NCBI GenBank assembly: GCA_903850745.1
Contig: CAINMH010000010.1
Span: forward strand, 1 to 61,149
Origin: an uncultured bacterium
GTDB lineage: Bacteria > Actinomycetota > Actinomycetes > S36-B12
Length of the DNA: 61,149 nt
Reading direction: 5' to 3'
Shown: in pieces, positions 1 through 10,257 of the stretch
How the letters are laid out: each line of letters opens with the position of its first letter
Position numbering within the stretch: the first letter of the stretch is position 1
Notes under the pieces: model-generated
What the model was told of the DNA's origin: nothing
Seen by the model: the letters and a program-made list of their open reading frames with translations, nothing else
Databases searched by the model: none
Made by a program: the position numbers and the translations under genes

Positions 1-1130
1 ACCGGAAGCGCGCCGTAGTTGAGAACGTTCGCGAGATCCTCGGCGGACTGCTTATCGAAGTCGCCGGTGATTGAGGCATTACCCCCAATAATCGCCTGAT
101 CAAAACGTGGCGAGGACACCACGACACCGTCAAGCACAATAGCGAATGCGTTGCAGGGACCGGGAACGCCTACCTCGCAATCGGGAAGCGCGACAAGTTC
201 CTGGGATGTCTTTGTCAGAGCCCTAGAACCCTCAGAATCAAAGGTCAGGTTGACCGACCAACCACCCACACCCTGCTGCGGCGGTTGCGCAGAAGCAGAG
301 GCCACGTTCGTCCCACGGATGAATGCGGGCTGCAGGTTGTACTTCAGTCCGCCGCCTTGTAGGCAGGTACCAAGCCACAAAGTGGGGTCATCCGGGGTGC
401 CGCCTGCGGCAGTCTCGGGGTTAGTGCAATCCAGCGCCAGAACCCGCTCTTGATACGCGGCATCATTCTCAGGCGACTGGACGATCTCCAGCACGGGGGT
501 GACCGTAGGCGAAGGTGACGGCGTCGGAGTAACCGTAGGCGAAGGTGACGGCGTTGGAGTAACCGTAGGCGAAGGCGACGGTGTCGGGGTGACCGTGGGT
601 GAAGGCGAAGCGCTATCAGCGAGATTCGCAGATGCGCTCGCACTCTTTGTAGCCGACGCCGTAGGAGCTGGGGTCTGTGTGGGGCTCGGGGTGGGAGACG
701 GAGTCACGGTGGGGCTTGGGCTCGGAGTCGGTTCGGGGGCAAGTGGCTGCGGTGGCAATTGATCCTGAACAGCTCGGAAGTCGAGCAATGCAGTGCGGCC
801 CACCAACTCGACAAGGCGATCCGATGTGACACCTGGCACCGAGACCATGATGTTGCTGCCGACAACGGAGATCTCAGCTTCAGTCACACCAAGTCCGTTG
901 ACTCGCTTGCGGATGATCTCCTGCGCCTGCTGAATCTGCACATCGGTGATGGGCTGACCGGCCGTGATTGGCAGAGGCGTCAAGATGACCTGCGTGCCGC
1001 CGCTGAGATCAAGCCCGAGCTTCGGAGTGAGGGAGTTACCCGGCCAAAAGGCCCATGCCGCTAGGCCGACCAACAGCGCAAGCAGCACGATCAACGAACG
1101 CCACGGACGTGGGTTGGACGGCGCAGCCAT
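1..1130 (-). CDS. secD: Protein translocase subunit SecD, N-terminal ~376 codons; the 3' end lies beyond the window
   Basis: Not in the supplied ORF track because it runs off the edge. My translation of the minus strand from ATG 1130-1128 (AAGGAG just upstream) stays open to position 1: MAAPSNPRPWRSLIVLLALLVGLAAWAFWPGNSLTPKLGLDLSGGTQVIL...GDFDKQSAEDLANVLNYGALP. It lies directly downstream of yajC, as in yajC-secD-secF operons. Confidence 0.9.
   Translation of the reverse strand, partial: MAAPSNPRPWRSLIVLLALLVGLAAWAFWPGNSLTPKLGLDLSGGTQVILTPLPITAGQPITDVQIQQAQEIIRKRVNGLGVTEAEISVVGSNIMVSVPGVTSDRLVELVGRTALLDFRAVQDQLPPQPLAPEPTPSPSPTVTPSPTPSPTQTPAPTASATKSASASANLADSASPSPTVTPTPSPSPTVTPTPSPSPTVTPTPSPSPTVTPVLEIVQSPENDAAYQERVLALDCTNPETAAGGTPDDPTLWLGTCLQGGGLKYNLQPAFIRGTNVASASAQPPQQGVGGWSVNLTFDSEGSRALTKTSQELVALPDCEVGVPGPCNAFAIVLDGVVVSSPRFDQAIIGGNASITGDFDKQSAEDLANVLNYGALP
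501..610 (-). repeat. In-frame 30-bp tandem repeat (3 full copies plus a partial one) inside secD, encoding (TPTPSPSPTV)n
   Basis: Copies at 501-530, 531-560 and 561-590 differ by 1-4 nt, with a partial copy from 591. It sits within a wider Pro/Thr/Ser/Ala-rich stretch of about 497-765. Confidence 0.9.
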
Positions 1131-1157
1131 GAGACTCCTTGACTCTACGTGCTGGGA

Positions 1158-1475
1158 TCAGGAAGGAGAATCGGTCGAGGAGGGATCGGGCGATTCAGGT
1201 AGGGCCTCTGGCTCCGTGACAATCTGCGAAATCGCTGCCTTAAGCATGGTGACGCGTACGCCCGGTGCGATCTCGAGATCAAACTTGTCGTCTCCTACAG
1301 ACGCCACCGTGCCAAAAACTCCAGCGGTGGTCATGATCTTGTCGCCGGGACGCACGGTGCTCAACTTCTCCTGCAGTGCCTTGCGCTTCTTTTGCTGCGG
1401 GCGCATGACGAGGAGATAGAAAACGCCAATGATCAGGATGATTGGCAAGAAGGTTATAAGGGAATCCACCAGCAC
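1158..1475 (-). CDS. yajC: Preprotein translocase subunit YajC
   Basis: 105 aa with one N-terminal TM segment followed by the MRPQQKKRK motif and a DKIMTTAGVFGTV block. It lies between ruvB and secD. Confidence 0.9.
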   Translation of the reverse strand: MLVDSLITFLPIILIIGVFYLLVMRPQQKKRKALQEKLSTVRPGDKIMTTAGVFGTVASVGDDKFDLEIAPGVRVTMLKAAISQIVTEPEALPESPDPSSTDSPS

Positions 1476-1496
1476 ACCTTAGACGGAACCCTGCCG

Positions 1497-2507
1497 CTAA
1501 GGCACATTGGGGCGCGCGAGCCCCAGGTGTGCCCATGCACCGGGTCCTGCAACTCGCCCTCTGGGGGTACGAATAATGAGCCCAGCCCGCACCAAGAATG
1601 GCTCAGCAACCGTCTCGACGGTCTCTGGCTCCTCCCCCACAGCGACAGCCAGCGTGGAAAGGCCCACCGGCCCCCCGCCAAACTTGCCAATGAGGGCATC
1701 CAGCACCGCTCGATCGAGCCGATCAAGCCCCAGAGCATCAACTTCGTAAAGTTCGAGGGCTGCTTGAGCCACCTCAAGCGTCACGATTCCGTCGACATGA
1801 ACCAATGCGTAGTCACGAACGCGGCGCAGTAACCGGTTCGCGATTCGCGGGGTGCCACGTGATCGCCCGGCGATCTCGATCGCAGCGGACTCATGAATCT
1901 CGACCTTAAGTAGCGCCGCACTCCTGACGAGGATCCGTTCGAGATCTTCAGGTTCGTAAAAATCCATGTGAGCGGTGAACCCGAAGCGATCTCGCAGGGG
2001 CCCCGGCAGCAGCCCGGCACGAGTCGTCGCGGCTACGAGCGTAAACGGTGCGAGGTCGAGGGGTATCGCCGTCGCTCCAGGACCCTTGCCCACCATCACG
2101 TCTACGCGAAAATCCTCCATGGCGAGATAGAGCATTTCTTCCGCGGCACGCGAGGTGCGATGACATTCGTCGAGAAAGAGGACTTCGCCTGGTTGCAGGC
2201 TGGTGAGCACTGCGGCGAGGTCTCCAGCGTGTTGAATAGCTGGGCCAGAGGTGATGCGAAGCGGAGCTTCGAGTTCGGCGGCGATGATCGTTGCGAGCGT
2301 CGTCTTGCCCAAACCGGGTGGGCCAGAAAGCAATACGTGATCAGCACTTCGACCTCGCAGGCGCGAGGCTTCTAGGACTAGACCCAATTGCGCCTTAACA
2401 CGGTCTTGGCCGATGAAGTCCGCAAGGCGGGTTGGCCGAAGCGCACCCTCCGCAATGAGATCTTCGGGCTCTTGATTCGCGTCGAGCAAACGATCATCGG
2501 CGGTCAT
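1497..2507 (-). CDS. ruvB: Holliday junction branch migration helicase RuvB
   Basis: 336 aa with Walker [12 protein letters not shown] and LFLDECHR. An ATGA overlap joins it to ruvA. Confidence 0.95.
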   Translation of the reverse strand: MTADDRLLDANQEPEDLIAEGALRPTRLADFIGQDRVKAQLGLVLEASRLRGRSADHVLLSGPPGLGKTTLATIIAAELEAPLRITSGPAIQHAGDLAAVLTSLQPGEVLFLDECHRTSRAAEEMLYLAMEDFRVDVMVGKGPGATAIPLDLAPFTLVAATTRAGLLPGPLRDRFGFTAHMDFYEPEDLERILVRSAALLKVEIHESAAIEIAGRSRGTPRIANRLLRRVRDYALVHVDGIVTLEVAQAALELYEVDALGLDRLDRAVLDALIGKFGGGPVGLSTLAVAVGEEPETVETVAEPFLVRAGLIIRTPRGRVAGPGAWAHLGLARPNVP

Positions 2508-3109
2508 ACGCGATCCAAACTTCGCAGCGCAAGGCGCAACAAGGCGGAGACATCGACGCTGTCATTTGCCTCCATGAGCGTCGCCTCCTCAGAAATGGCA
2601 TCTACCGCCGCATCTGCTTCGCGCCCACTCCATCCGAGTGACACCAAACCGGCGGAGACAGAGTCGCGCCAGCCAGTGGGCTGGGTAACAAATCCAGAAT
2701 CCCCAGCAACTGCACCAAGTTTGCCCGTGAGCTCGATCACGAGACGCTGCGCACCTTTTCGACCGACACCTGGCACCTTGGTTAACGTCACGAGATCGGA
2801 TCTATCAATCGCCTTTCGCAAATCGGTTGGGCTTAGCGTCGCAATCATCGCGAGCGCAAGTCTCGGGCCAACGCCCGACACAGTCTGCAGGATCTCGAAG
2901 TCGCCTCGCTGTTCGGCGTTCGCGAAGGCGTACATGGTCCACGAGTCTTCTCGGACTACGAGTGCGGTGTGCACTGTCGCGATTTCATCGATACGCAAAT
3001 GGTTTAAGGAGCCCGTCGGGCACGTCAGTTGCATTCCCAGCCCGCCGACATCAAGCACGACACGTTCGAGTCCGATCTCGACCACCCGGCCTCGAACAAA
3101 CGCGATCAT
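2504..3109 (-). CDS. ruvA: Holliday junction DNA helicase subunit RuvA
   Basis: The start was moved to the internal Met of [13 protein letters not shown], the typical RuvA N-terminus. This gives an ATGA overlap with the ruvC stop at 3106-3109. The longer track ORF (to 3172) would overlap ruvC. Confidence 0.9.
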   Translation of the reverse strand: MIAFVRGRVVEIGLERVVLDVGGLGMQLTCPTGSLNHLRIDEIATVHTALVVREDSWTMYAFANAEQRGDFEILQTVSGVGPRLALAMIATLSPTDLRKAIDRSDLVTLTKVPGVGRKGAQRLVIELTGKLGAVAGDSGFVTQPTGWRDSVSAGLVSLGWSGREADAAVDAISEEATLMEANDSVDVSALLRLALRSLDRV

Positions 3110-3630
3110 GAGACACGCGCCCGTTGCGCAGCAACCGCTGCAGCAAGTCGATCTTGAGCAGGTCCCCGCCATAAGTGGCAGATGGCTAGTGCTAGCGCGT
3201 CAGTCGCATCGGCAGGGCGGGGCATGGCATCGAGTCGCAGTAGCCGACACACCATGCTGGCAACTTGCTCCTTGCCGGCGGTGCCTGAACCGCTCACGGC
3301 GGCCTTCACCTCACTGGGAGTGTGCAGACCCACAGGTAGCCCCCGTCGTCCAGCGGCCAAGATCGCGACGGCCCCAGCCTGTGCGGTCCCCATGACTGTT
3401 CGGACGTTGTGCTGGCTAAACACTCGCTCCACCGCCACTGCGTCGGGACGGAAGGCGTCTAGGACCGCCTCGAACTCCATCTCAAGCCCGCGAAGCCGCT
3501 CCGCTAAGGGAGCATCTGCGGGGGTGCGCACGACACGCACGTCCACGAGGCTCACGCGACGACCAACTCCCCCATCGACAACAGCCACGCCGCACCGGGT
3601 CAGACCCGGGTCAACTCCCAACACGCGCAC
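3106..3630 (-). CDS. ruvC: Crossover junction endodeoxyribonuclease RuvC
   Basis: GTG at 3630 is preceded by AGGAGA. The product starts [14 protein letters not shown], the catalytic Asp motif of RuvC. The upstream part of the 215-aa track ORF is Arg-rich and was discarded. Confidence 0.9.
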   Translation of the reverse strand: MRVLGVDPGLTRCGVAVVDGGVGRRVSLVDVRVVRTPADAPLAERLRGLEMEFEAVLDAFRPDAVAVERVFSQHNVRTVMGTAQAGAVAILAAGRRGLPVGLHTPSEVKAAVSGSGTAGKEQVASMVCRLLRLDAMPRPADATDALALAICHLWRGPAQDRLAAAVAAQRARVS

Positions 3631-3679
3631 GACGTCTCCTATCGAACAAGTGTTCGCTAGCGTAGCGAAAAGAATCCGC

Positions 3680-5143
3680 CTACTGGCGTACCGCGCGCGC
3701 CTTCGGCGTGCCGTCCCCCTTGCGCGGAGGAGACAGCGGATCCCAGGAGCCAACCGGGCTGCCCGTCACCTCGGCGAACCCGGCTCGGAGGTCCGCTACG
3801 AGGGCCTCGAGGTCTGGGACAGCACGGTCATCGGCCGAGAGACCGACAAAAGCCGAACCGTCGTACGTGATCATCGTGACGTTCACTGCGGCGCCGATCG
3901 TGGCCACCAACGGGTAGACCCCCACCATCCGTGCTCCGGCGAGGTAGAGCGGAATGGGCGGTCCCGGCACGTTGCTGGTCGTCACGTCACTCGTCTTCGC
4001 GGCTTGGGCCAAAATCGGCACCGGGACAAGCCAACTCACATCAGCTAACGGATCCGCGAGGCGCAGCGCAGGCTCGGCGCGCCACTGAGCCACCTGCTCG
4101 TGCGCAATTTCCATGCGCTCCCCCACGGTCAACCCAGCAATCGGGAGTAGGAAGCGAGCGATAGTGACTGCATTTGCGGCCTGACCACTTCGATCGCCTG
4201 GGTCACCACGTAGCGAAATGGGCACGTTGAACCGCAATTCATCCACCGGCTGACCGTGTCGAGCGTGATAGCGGTCCAACCCGGCACCCACGGCGGCCAT
4301 AAACGCGTCGTTGACATTGCGGTTATGCGCTTTGGCTACCGCTCGCAGTCCATCAAACGGCAAATCAAACGCAGCAAAATGATAGGTCGTTCCACGACCG
4401 GTCATTACTGGAGACATAGACCCATCCGGCAGTGCGGTGAAGCGCCCCACCGAAGCGGCAACATCGAGAGCCTTCGTCCATGTGGCTACCGGATCAGACA
4501 CCGTGCCGATGGCAAGTCCCGCGACCAGCGTTGCCATACCTTTCACCAACTCAGCGCCGCGCTTGAAGTTATCGCCAAGGTTTGCCATCGTCACCTCAGG
4601 GGCAGACACCACATCGGGTTCGGGTACGAGCGGAACCTCAGGCTCCATCGGGTTGCCTTCGGGCGTGAACTCAAAAAGTGACATGCCGATAAGGATCGTT
4701 GCCTGACCATCCGCGATTGAGTGATGCAACTTCAGCAGAAGTGCCGCGCGTTTTCCGGGCAGTCCCTCGACCAAACAGGCTTCCCACAACGCACGATCGT
4801 GATCGAAATCGGTGAGACTCATCCGGCGTGCTTCTTGCAGGACGTCCGCCCAGGATCCACGACCGGCCAAGCGATAGCGACGCACATGGACATCGATGTC
4901 AAAATCCGGATCAGGACCAAGCCTCGGTGCCGACAGACCCACTGCGCCATGGAGTGGCTTCATTCGCAAAGCCGGGACTAGGCGGGTGAGACGTTCAAGT
5001 CGCTGCCGAAGACGATCCCACTCGGGCACCGAATCGAAGAGGGCGAGTGCTACAACTGTTGAACGCAAAGTGGGGTCACCGCTTGCGGTACGCCACGTAG
5101 CTGCATCCCAACCAGTGAGCTGACGTCCGACGCTGTCGTTCAT
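3680..5143 (-). CDS. Wax ester synthase/diacylglycerol acyltransferase (WS/DGAT) family protein
   Basis: 487 aa with the acyltransferase active-site motif HHSIADG (HHxxxDG). Size is typical of actinobacterial WS/DGAT. Confidence 0.85.
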   Translation of the reverse strand: MNDSVGRQLTGWDAATWRTASGDPTLRSTVVALALFDSVPEWDRLRQRLERLTRLVPALRMKPLHGAVGLSAPRLGPDPDFDIDVHVRRYRLAGRGSWADVLQEARRMSLTDFDHDRALWEACLVEGLPGKRAALLLKLHHSIADGQATILIGMSLFEFTPEGNPMEPEVPLVPEPDVVSAPEVTMANLGDNFKRGAELVKGMATLVAGLAIGTVSDPVATWTKALDVAASVGRFTALPDGSMSPVMTGRGTTYHFAAFDLPFDGLRAVAKAHNRNVNDAFMAAVGAGLDRYHARHGQPVDELRFNVPISLRGDPGDRSGQAANAVTIARFLLPIAGLTVGERMEIAHEQVAQWRAEPALRLADPLADVSWLVPVPILAQAAKTSDVTTSNVPGPPIPLYLAGARMVGVYPLVATIGAAVNVTMITYDGSAFVGLSADDRAVPDLEALVADLRAGFAEVTGSPVGSWDPLSPPRKGDGTPKARAVRQ

Positions 5144-5155
5144 ACGCCCAGCATC

Positions 5156-5908
5156 TCAGGCATCAAGCTCGGCAAGGACCTCATCACTAATATCGATATT
5201 GCTATAGACGGCCTGCACGTCATCGCAATCCTCGAGCGCATCCACAAGTTTGATGACCTTTTTGGCTAACTCAAGATCGGCGGGCACAGACATGCTCGGC
5301 ACAAAAGTGGCTTCAGCGGAGTCGTAATCAATGCCGGTTGCCTGTAGGGCGGTTCGGACAGCGACCACGTCAGTCGCCTCGGAGATAACTTCGAAAACTT
5401 CGCCAAGATCGTTAACTTCTTCCGCACCAGCATCGAGCACCGCGTCGAGGATGGAGTCTTCCGTCGAGCCCGCTTTAGGCACGACGACGACACCCTTGCG
5501 ACTGAAGAGGTAAGAGACCGACCCTGGATCGGCCATTGACCCGCCATTGCGAGTGAGCGCCACTCTAACCTCGCCCGCTGCGCGATTGCGATTATCGGTT
5601 AGACATTCGACAAGGACGGCAACACCACTGGGGCCATAGCCCTCGTACATGATCGTCTGATAATCGGCTCCGCCTGCCTCTTGACCGGAACCGCGCTTAA
5701 CTGCACGCTCGATGTTGTCGATCGGCACAGAATTCTTGCGCGCCTTTTGGATGGCGTCGTACAAGGTCGGGTTGCCGGCTGGATCAGCGCCACCCATCCT
5801 GCACGCGACTTCGACGTTCTTGATCAGACGCGCAAAAAGTTTGCCGCGCTTGGCGTCCTTGGCCGCCTTCTGATGCTTGGTCGTGGCCCACTTGGAATGG
5901 CCGCTCAT
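5156..5908 (-). CDS. yebC: YebC/PmpR family DNA-binding regulator / translation-associated factor
   Basis: 250 aa with the N-terminus [28 protein letters not shown], diagnostic of the family. An ATGA overlap joins it to pdxT. Confidence 0.92.
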   Translation of the reverse strand: MSGHSKWATTKHQKAAKDAKRGKLFARLIKNVEVACRMGGADPAGNPTLYDAIQKARKNSVPIDNIERAVKRGSGQEAGGADYQTIMYEGYGPSGVAVLVECLTDNRNRAAGEVRVALTRNGGSMADPGSVSYLFSRKGVVVVPKAGSTEDSILDAVLDAGAEEVNDLGEVFEVISEATDVVAVRTALQATGIDYDSAEATFVPSMSVPADLELAKKVIKLVDALEDCDDVQAVYSNIDISDEVLAELDA

Positions 5909-6507
5909 CCGTGCCTCACCATCTCAACGAATAGGGCGTGTACGCGCCCGTCCCCGGTTAGTTCCGGGTGGAATGCCGTCCCCAGGGCCTTCCCCTGCCG
6001 GACGGCAACGATTCTACCGCTGGCTGGGCCATCCTCAACGCGCGCGAGGACCTCAACGCCCGGGCCGCAATCCTCGACCCACGGAGCCCTAATAAAGACA
6101 GCGTGCATAGGTCCACCAGGCACAGCAGGCATATCCAGATCACACTCGAAGGAATCCACCTGGCGGCCGAATGCGTTACGCCGCACGGTGACATCCAGGG
6201 CGCCTAGCGTCTGCTGATCGGGCCGGCCATCTAAAACTCGCGTGGCAAGCATGATGAGCCCCGCGCAAGATCCATACACAGGAAGGCCGCCACGCACGGC
6301 ATCGACGAGTGGCTGCATGAGCCCCGTGCGCACAGCCAGCATCGACATAGTCGTGGACTCCCCACCAGGAATCACGAGACCATCGACCCGAGAGAGTTCA
6401 CCTTCGGTGCGAATACGGCAGGTTCGGGCACCAACCGAGACCAGCGCTCGTTCGTGCTCGCGTACGTCGCCTTGAAGAGAGAGCACCCCGACAAGCGGTG
6501 CGTTCAC
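5905..6507 (-). CDS. pdxT: Pyridoxal 5'-phosphate synthase glutaminase subunit PdxT
   Basis: 200 aa with [17 protein letters not shown] and a GGESTT block. It is coupled to pdxS by an ATGA overlap. Confidence 0.93.
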   Translation of the reverse strand: MNAPLVGVLSLQGDVREHERALVSVGARTCRIRTEGELSRVDGLVIPGGESTTMSMLAVRTGLMQPLVDAVRGGLPVYGSCAGLIMLATRVLDGRPDQQTLGALDVTVRRNAFGRQVDSFECDLDMPAVPGGPMHAVFIRAPWVEDCGPGVEVLARVEDGPASGRIVAVRQGKALGTAFHPELTGDGRVHALFVEMVRHG

Positions 6508-7400
6508 CAGCCCCGCTCCTCCAGCCGGTGGTGTACCGGGATGTCTGCAACGTTGATGCCGACCATGGCCTCACCGAGTCCACGAGAAGCCTTTGCCACG
6601 ACATCAGGGTTGTCCCAATTCAGCGTCGCTTGGACGATCGCGTTGGCACGCTGGACTGGATCGCCAGACTTGAAGATGCCCGAACCCACGAATACGCCTT
6701 CAGCCCCGAGTTGCATCATCAACGAGGCGTCGGCGGGGGTGGCTATGCCGCCTGCGGTGAACAACACGACAGGAAGCTTTCCTGCGGCCGCTACCTCCAC
6801 GACGAGGTCGTACGGCGCCAAAAGCTCCTTCGCTGCGACGTACAACTCATCGGGAGACATGGACGACAAGCGACGGATTTCTCCGCCGATCTTGCGCATG
6901 TGTGTCACCGCGTTAGAAACATCGCCAGTGCCGGCCTCGCCTTTGCTACGAATCATGGCCGCACCCTCGTTGATGCGACGCAACGCTTCGCCGAGATTGG
7001 TGGCGCCACATACGAAGGGGACCGTGAACGCCCACTTGTCAATGTGATTGGAGTAGTCCGCGGGAGTGAGAACTTCAGACTCATCGATGTAGTCGACGCC
7101 AAGGGACTGCAGGATTTGGGCTTCAGCAAAGTGGCCAATGCGCGCCTTCGCCATCACCGGAATCGACACTGTGGCTTGGATCTTCTCGATCATCTCCGGA
7201 TCAGACATGCGCGAGACACCGCCTTCGGCGCGGATATCTGCCGGCACGCGTTCCAAGGCCATCACGGCAACAGCGCCGGCGTCCTCGGCGATACGGGCCT
7301 GATCAGCATTGACAACGTCCATGATGACGCCGCCCTTAAGCATCTCGGCCATGCCCCGCTTGACTCGTGTTGTCCCGGTGCTGGTCTCTGCGCCTGACAT
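6504..7400 (-). CDS. pdxS: Pyridoxal 5'-phosphate synthase lyase subunit PdxS
   Basis: 298 aa with [55 protein letters not shown] lies upstream. Confidence 0.95.
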   Translation of the reverse strand: MSGAETSTGTTRVKRGMAEMLKGGVIMDVVNADQARIAEDAGAVAVMALERVPADIRAEGGVSRMSDPEMIEKIQATVSIPVMAKARIGHFAEAQILQSLGVDYIDESEVLTPADYSNHIDKWAFTVPFVCGATNLGEALRRINEGAAMIRSKGEAGTGDVSNAVTHMRKIGGEIRRLSSMSPDELYVAAKELLAPYDLVVEVAAAGKLPVVLFTAGGIATPADASLMMQLGAEGVFVGSGIFKSGDPVQRANAIVQATLNWDNPDVVAKASRGLGEAMVGINVADIPVHHRLEERGW

Positions 7401-7459
7401 TGATCACTCCTCGACGTACGCTTCCCGGTCGTCTGGCCGGGTGACCCAGTCTAGGGCCG

Positions 7460-8503
7460 TTAGCCGAAGACCGCTTTCATCTGGTCATTGACGAGCAGGA
7501 TCCAAGGCTGACCGATGGCAAACGGCATCGGCGACCCATCGGCCAGAGTGAAGGTCGTGCCGACGGTTGCTTCGGGGCGGCTCCACGTCGTCTCCCAGAC
7601 CTCACCATCGCGCAAGACGAGAGCCTGACCCGTTCCTACGGTCTGGGCCAGCGGCGTGCGGCCGCCGTACCTGTCTCCATAACCAGAGTCTGTCTGTGTG
7701 ACGTACTGGATCACGACTGTCGATGCGACCTGGCTGCCCCCTTCGGCAGCCTGAGCAAGATTGCCGTCGAAGGACACGACATAGCCTTCATTCGCCTCCC
7801 ATGCGAATGACACATGAGAATCCGGCCAGCGGACTGACACAGTGTTAGCAGCCTCTCCACCAGACGGCGGCTCGACAGCGAACTGGAACCCAATGTCGCG
7901 TGCGAGCGACGCGTCAGGAGCGAGTTTCAGCAGATCCTTGGGACGCACCATCTGGTTGTCAGGTGAGCGCCGGGAGTCATCACGGAAATACGCCTGCGAT
8001 GCCACTTCGGCGGATTCGTTATAGAGGCTGGCCGCAGCAATCACTGGCTGCATCTTCTGCTGCGCCCCAGAGAACGCAAAGATGGGCTTGCCAAACTGGG
8101 CGATCAACTCAATGTCACTGATGCGCGCCGAACGAACCGGACCCACGACATCAGGGATGTTGGAGCTGAACACCGCTGCGATTCTGGTCATGCCCCACTC
8201 CACCTCTTCGACGTACACGATGTCGGCTTGAGTGAGGCCCAGGTGCGGTTGCGCGCGACCCGTGTTGGGGATCTTGATCACCATCACCGGCTTGGCCACC
8301 CAATTGGGGCGCCCAGTGAACGGTGATCGGTCGGGTGTCGACACAGATGGGCTGGGTGAACCCACTGCCGAGGAAGCGCTTGAGGAATTGGAGGATGTTG
8401 CACTGGTGGAGGAAACGCCACCGGCATCACCGCTTGAACATGCCGCCATCGTGGCGCTCAGGAGCCCGATGCAACCTGCCAAAACTGCGATCCGCCTATT
8501 CAC
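7460..8503 (-). CDS. Lipoprotein, DUF3048-type
   Basis: 347 aa with a signal peptide and lipobox (LSATMAAC-SSG), then a Ser-rich linker. The PVMVIKIPNT...ADIVYVEEVEWGMTRIAAVF block matches my recollection of DUF3048 proteins. Confidence 0.65.
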   Translation of the reverse strand: MNRRIAVLAGCIGLLSATMAACSSGDAGGVSSTSATSSNSSSASSAVGSPSPSVSTPDRSPFTGRPNWVAKPVMVIKIPNTGRAQPHLGLTQADIVYVEEVEWGMTRIAAVFSSNIPDVVGPVRSARISDIELIAQFGKPIFAFSGAQQKMQPVIAAASLYNESAEVASQAYFRDDSRRSPDNQMVRPKDLLKLAPDASLARDIGFQFAVEPPSGGEAANTVSVRWPDSHVSFAWEANEGYVVSFDGNLAQAAEGGSQVASTVVIQYVTQTDSGYGDRYGGRTPLAQTVGTGQALVLRDGEVWETTWSRPEATVGTTFTLADGSPMPFAIGQPWILLVNDQMKAVFG

Positions 8504-8527
8504 GTCTCCACAGTAAGCGTGAAACGG

Positions 8528-9076
8528 TCAGGAAGCCGACAGCAGCGGCGGGGGCGTGTCATCCATCTCCACGGTCTGCGGCCACGACGTACGGCCCGCC
8601 AAGTGGAACCATCGAGCCATTCGCAGCGAGCGCACCTGTCGACATGCCCGAACCGCGTCATTGAGGAAGCGCCGAGAAAGTTCCACCCGGCGACAGGCAG
8701 CACCCAAATCTTCGAGAAATGCCGCACCCTCAGGATCCCGTTGGATCTCCGACACATCCTCAGGATCGACAAAGGCGAGGGACAACGTGCGAGATAGATC
8801 ACTTTCGGCGATTTCGCGTTCGCGAACCCCGAGGGCAGCCGACGTTCGCGCCGCGTGGGCCGCATCGGTCAACACCGCACCCAAGACCGGGTCTACGAGC
8901 CCGGACACCGCGAGGTCAATAGTGATGGCCGTGCGAAGTGCAAGTTGGACATCCAGCGCACGCTCCGCAGATTCAATGCGGAGGTGCAGTCGATCCAGCC
9001 GCCCCGCAGTCATACTCAGATAGATGCCGAAGAGCAGAAGAACCAACACGAGCGCGAGAATCCACCACCAGCTCAT
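8528..9076 (-). CDS. Membrane-anchored hypothetical protein with weak LemA-like C-terminal similarity
   Basis: 182 aa with an N-terminal TM segment (WWWILALVLVLLLFGIYL). An ATGA overlap with the pimA stop supports translation. The family assignment is only a weak motif impression (RRFLNDAVRACR). Confidence 0.5.
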   Translation of the reverse strand: MSWWWILALVLVLLLFGIYLSMTAGRLDRLHLRIESAERALDVQLALRTAITIDLAVSGLVDPVLGAVLTDAAHAARTSAALGVREREIAESDLSRTLSLAFVDPEDVSEIQRDPEGAAFLEDLGAACRRVELSRRFLNDAVRACRQVRSLRMARWFHLAGRTSWPQTVEMDDTPPPLLSAS

Positions 9077-10257
9077 GACGCGCTCACATCATTCGTCTTA
9101 GAACGAGCAAGTCGTCCCACGATCTGGCCGCGAAGATCTTCTCTCACTTTCACCCCAGGCAACACGACTGACTCGTAGACCGCGACAACTTCGCGGCCCA
9201 CCCGCTCCCAATCAAAATGTCTGGCTCGTTCATAACCAGCTGTCGACATCGACTTACGTGCGTCAGGGTCCTCAAGCAACGCACTCGTCACGGACGCGAG
9301 CGCCTGCGGATCTCCAGTCGAAAACGTACGTCCGTAACGCCCTTCATCGAGTACACGTCGAAACGCCAGGAGGTCACTTGACACAACGGGCGCGCCGCTA
9401 GCCATCGCTTCCAGCAACACAATGCCGAAGGACTCCCCGCCAGTATTGGGAGCGATAAAGGCGTCAATGGAATGCAGCATGCGCACCTTGTCGGCATCAC
9501 TCACGCGGCCGAGAAAGATGAAATGATCGCGGAACTCCGCGGGGACTGCGCCAAGCGCCTCTTCGGGATCGCCTGGCCCGGCAACGAGCACTCGCAGATC
9601 CGGGAACCGGGCAGCGAGAACTGGGACAGCCCGCGCTAGGACGTCGAATCCCTTTCGTGGCTCATCTAGGCGTCCGAGGAATCCGAGTGTTCCTCCGGCG
9701 CGTGGATATCCAGGCAAGGTCGCAGGGTCTGCGAAATTGGCCACTGTCACGCCATTGGCTATCAACACCGCGTCTCCGCCGATGTGCGCGACCAGAGTCC
9801 GACGGGCTTCCTCGCTCACCGCTATCCGCGCAGATACCTTTTCCATCGAAATTTGCGCAAGATAAAAGACGGCCGACAGTGCACGTGAGCGCGCCATCGA
9901 CGAATGCCACGTGGCCACAATCGGGCCCTGTGCGACCCAACAGGCGAGAACGGAAAGACTCGGACTCAATGGTTCATGGACGTGAAGTACATCGAAATCG
10001 CCTTCTTGAATCCACTTGCGGACTCGACGTGTCGCCTTCCAGCCGAAGTTGAGTCGAGCAACCGACCCGTTGTACGCAACAGCAACTGGACGACCACCAT
10101 CGACGACATAGTCAGGCAAAACGCCTTCGCCGTCGAACGGGGCAAGGACACTCACCTCATGACCCTGACGAATCAGACTTTCGGAGAGATCCCGCATGTG
10201 CACGGCTACCCCGCCCGGGACGTCCCAGCTGTAGGGGCAGACCAGGCCGACTCTCAT
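9073..10257 (-). CDS. pimA: GT4 glycosyltransferase, phosphatidyl-myo-inositol mannosyltransferase PimA-like
   Basis: The start was set at the Met of MRVGLVCPYSWDVPGGV, a typical PimA N-terminus, which gives an ATGA overlap with the upstream acyltransferase stop. A C-terminal EAMASGAPVV GT4 motif is present, and the gene sits in pgsA-patA-pimA synteny. Confidence 0.88.
   Translation of the reverse strand: MRVGLVCPYSWDVPGGVAVHMRDLSESLIRQGHEVSVLAPFDGEGVLPDYVVDGGRPVAVAYNGSVARLNFGWKATRRVRKWIQEGDFDVLHVHEPLSPSLSVLACWVAQGPIVATWHSSMARSRALSAVFYLAQISMEKVSARIAVSEEARRTLVAHIGGDAVLIANGVTVANFADPATLPGYPRAGGTLGFLGRLDEPRKGFDVLARAVPVLAARFPDLRVLVAGPGDPEEALGAVPAEFRDHFIFLGRVSDADKVRMLHSIDAFIAPNTGGESFGIVLLEAMASGAPVVSSDLLAFRRVLDEGRYGRTFSTGDPQALASVTSALLEDPDARKSMSTAGYERARHFDWERVGREVVAVYESVVLPGVKVREDLRGQIVGRLARSKTNDVSAS

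Noticed and set aside
501-610. 30-bp tandem repeats considered as a possible CRISPR-like or non-coding array
   Set aside because: The repeats are contiguous with no spacers. They lie in frame inside secD and encode a Pro/Thr/Ser linker.
2388-3395. A 335-aa plus-strand ORF spanning ruvA and ruvC
   Set aside because: It is antisense to two genes with diagnostic RuvA and RuvC motifs. It is Ser/Arg/Pro/Thr-rich low-complexity sequence with no RBS context.
6498-7397. A 299-aa plus-strand ORF mirroring pdxS, plus the similar mirror ORFs 3182-4048, 17866-18537, 23069-23680 and 20845-21414
   Set aside because: All are antisense shadows of strongly supported genes (pdxS, ruvC/WS-DGAT, msrB, acn, dxs). 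Long stop-free antisense frames are expected at this GC content.
7401-7459. CCCGG-N8-CCGGG hairpin between the DUF3048 lipoprotein gene and pdxS as an intrinsic terminator
   Set aside because: It has only a 5-bp stem and no U-tract on the transcribed strand. It is too weak to call.
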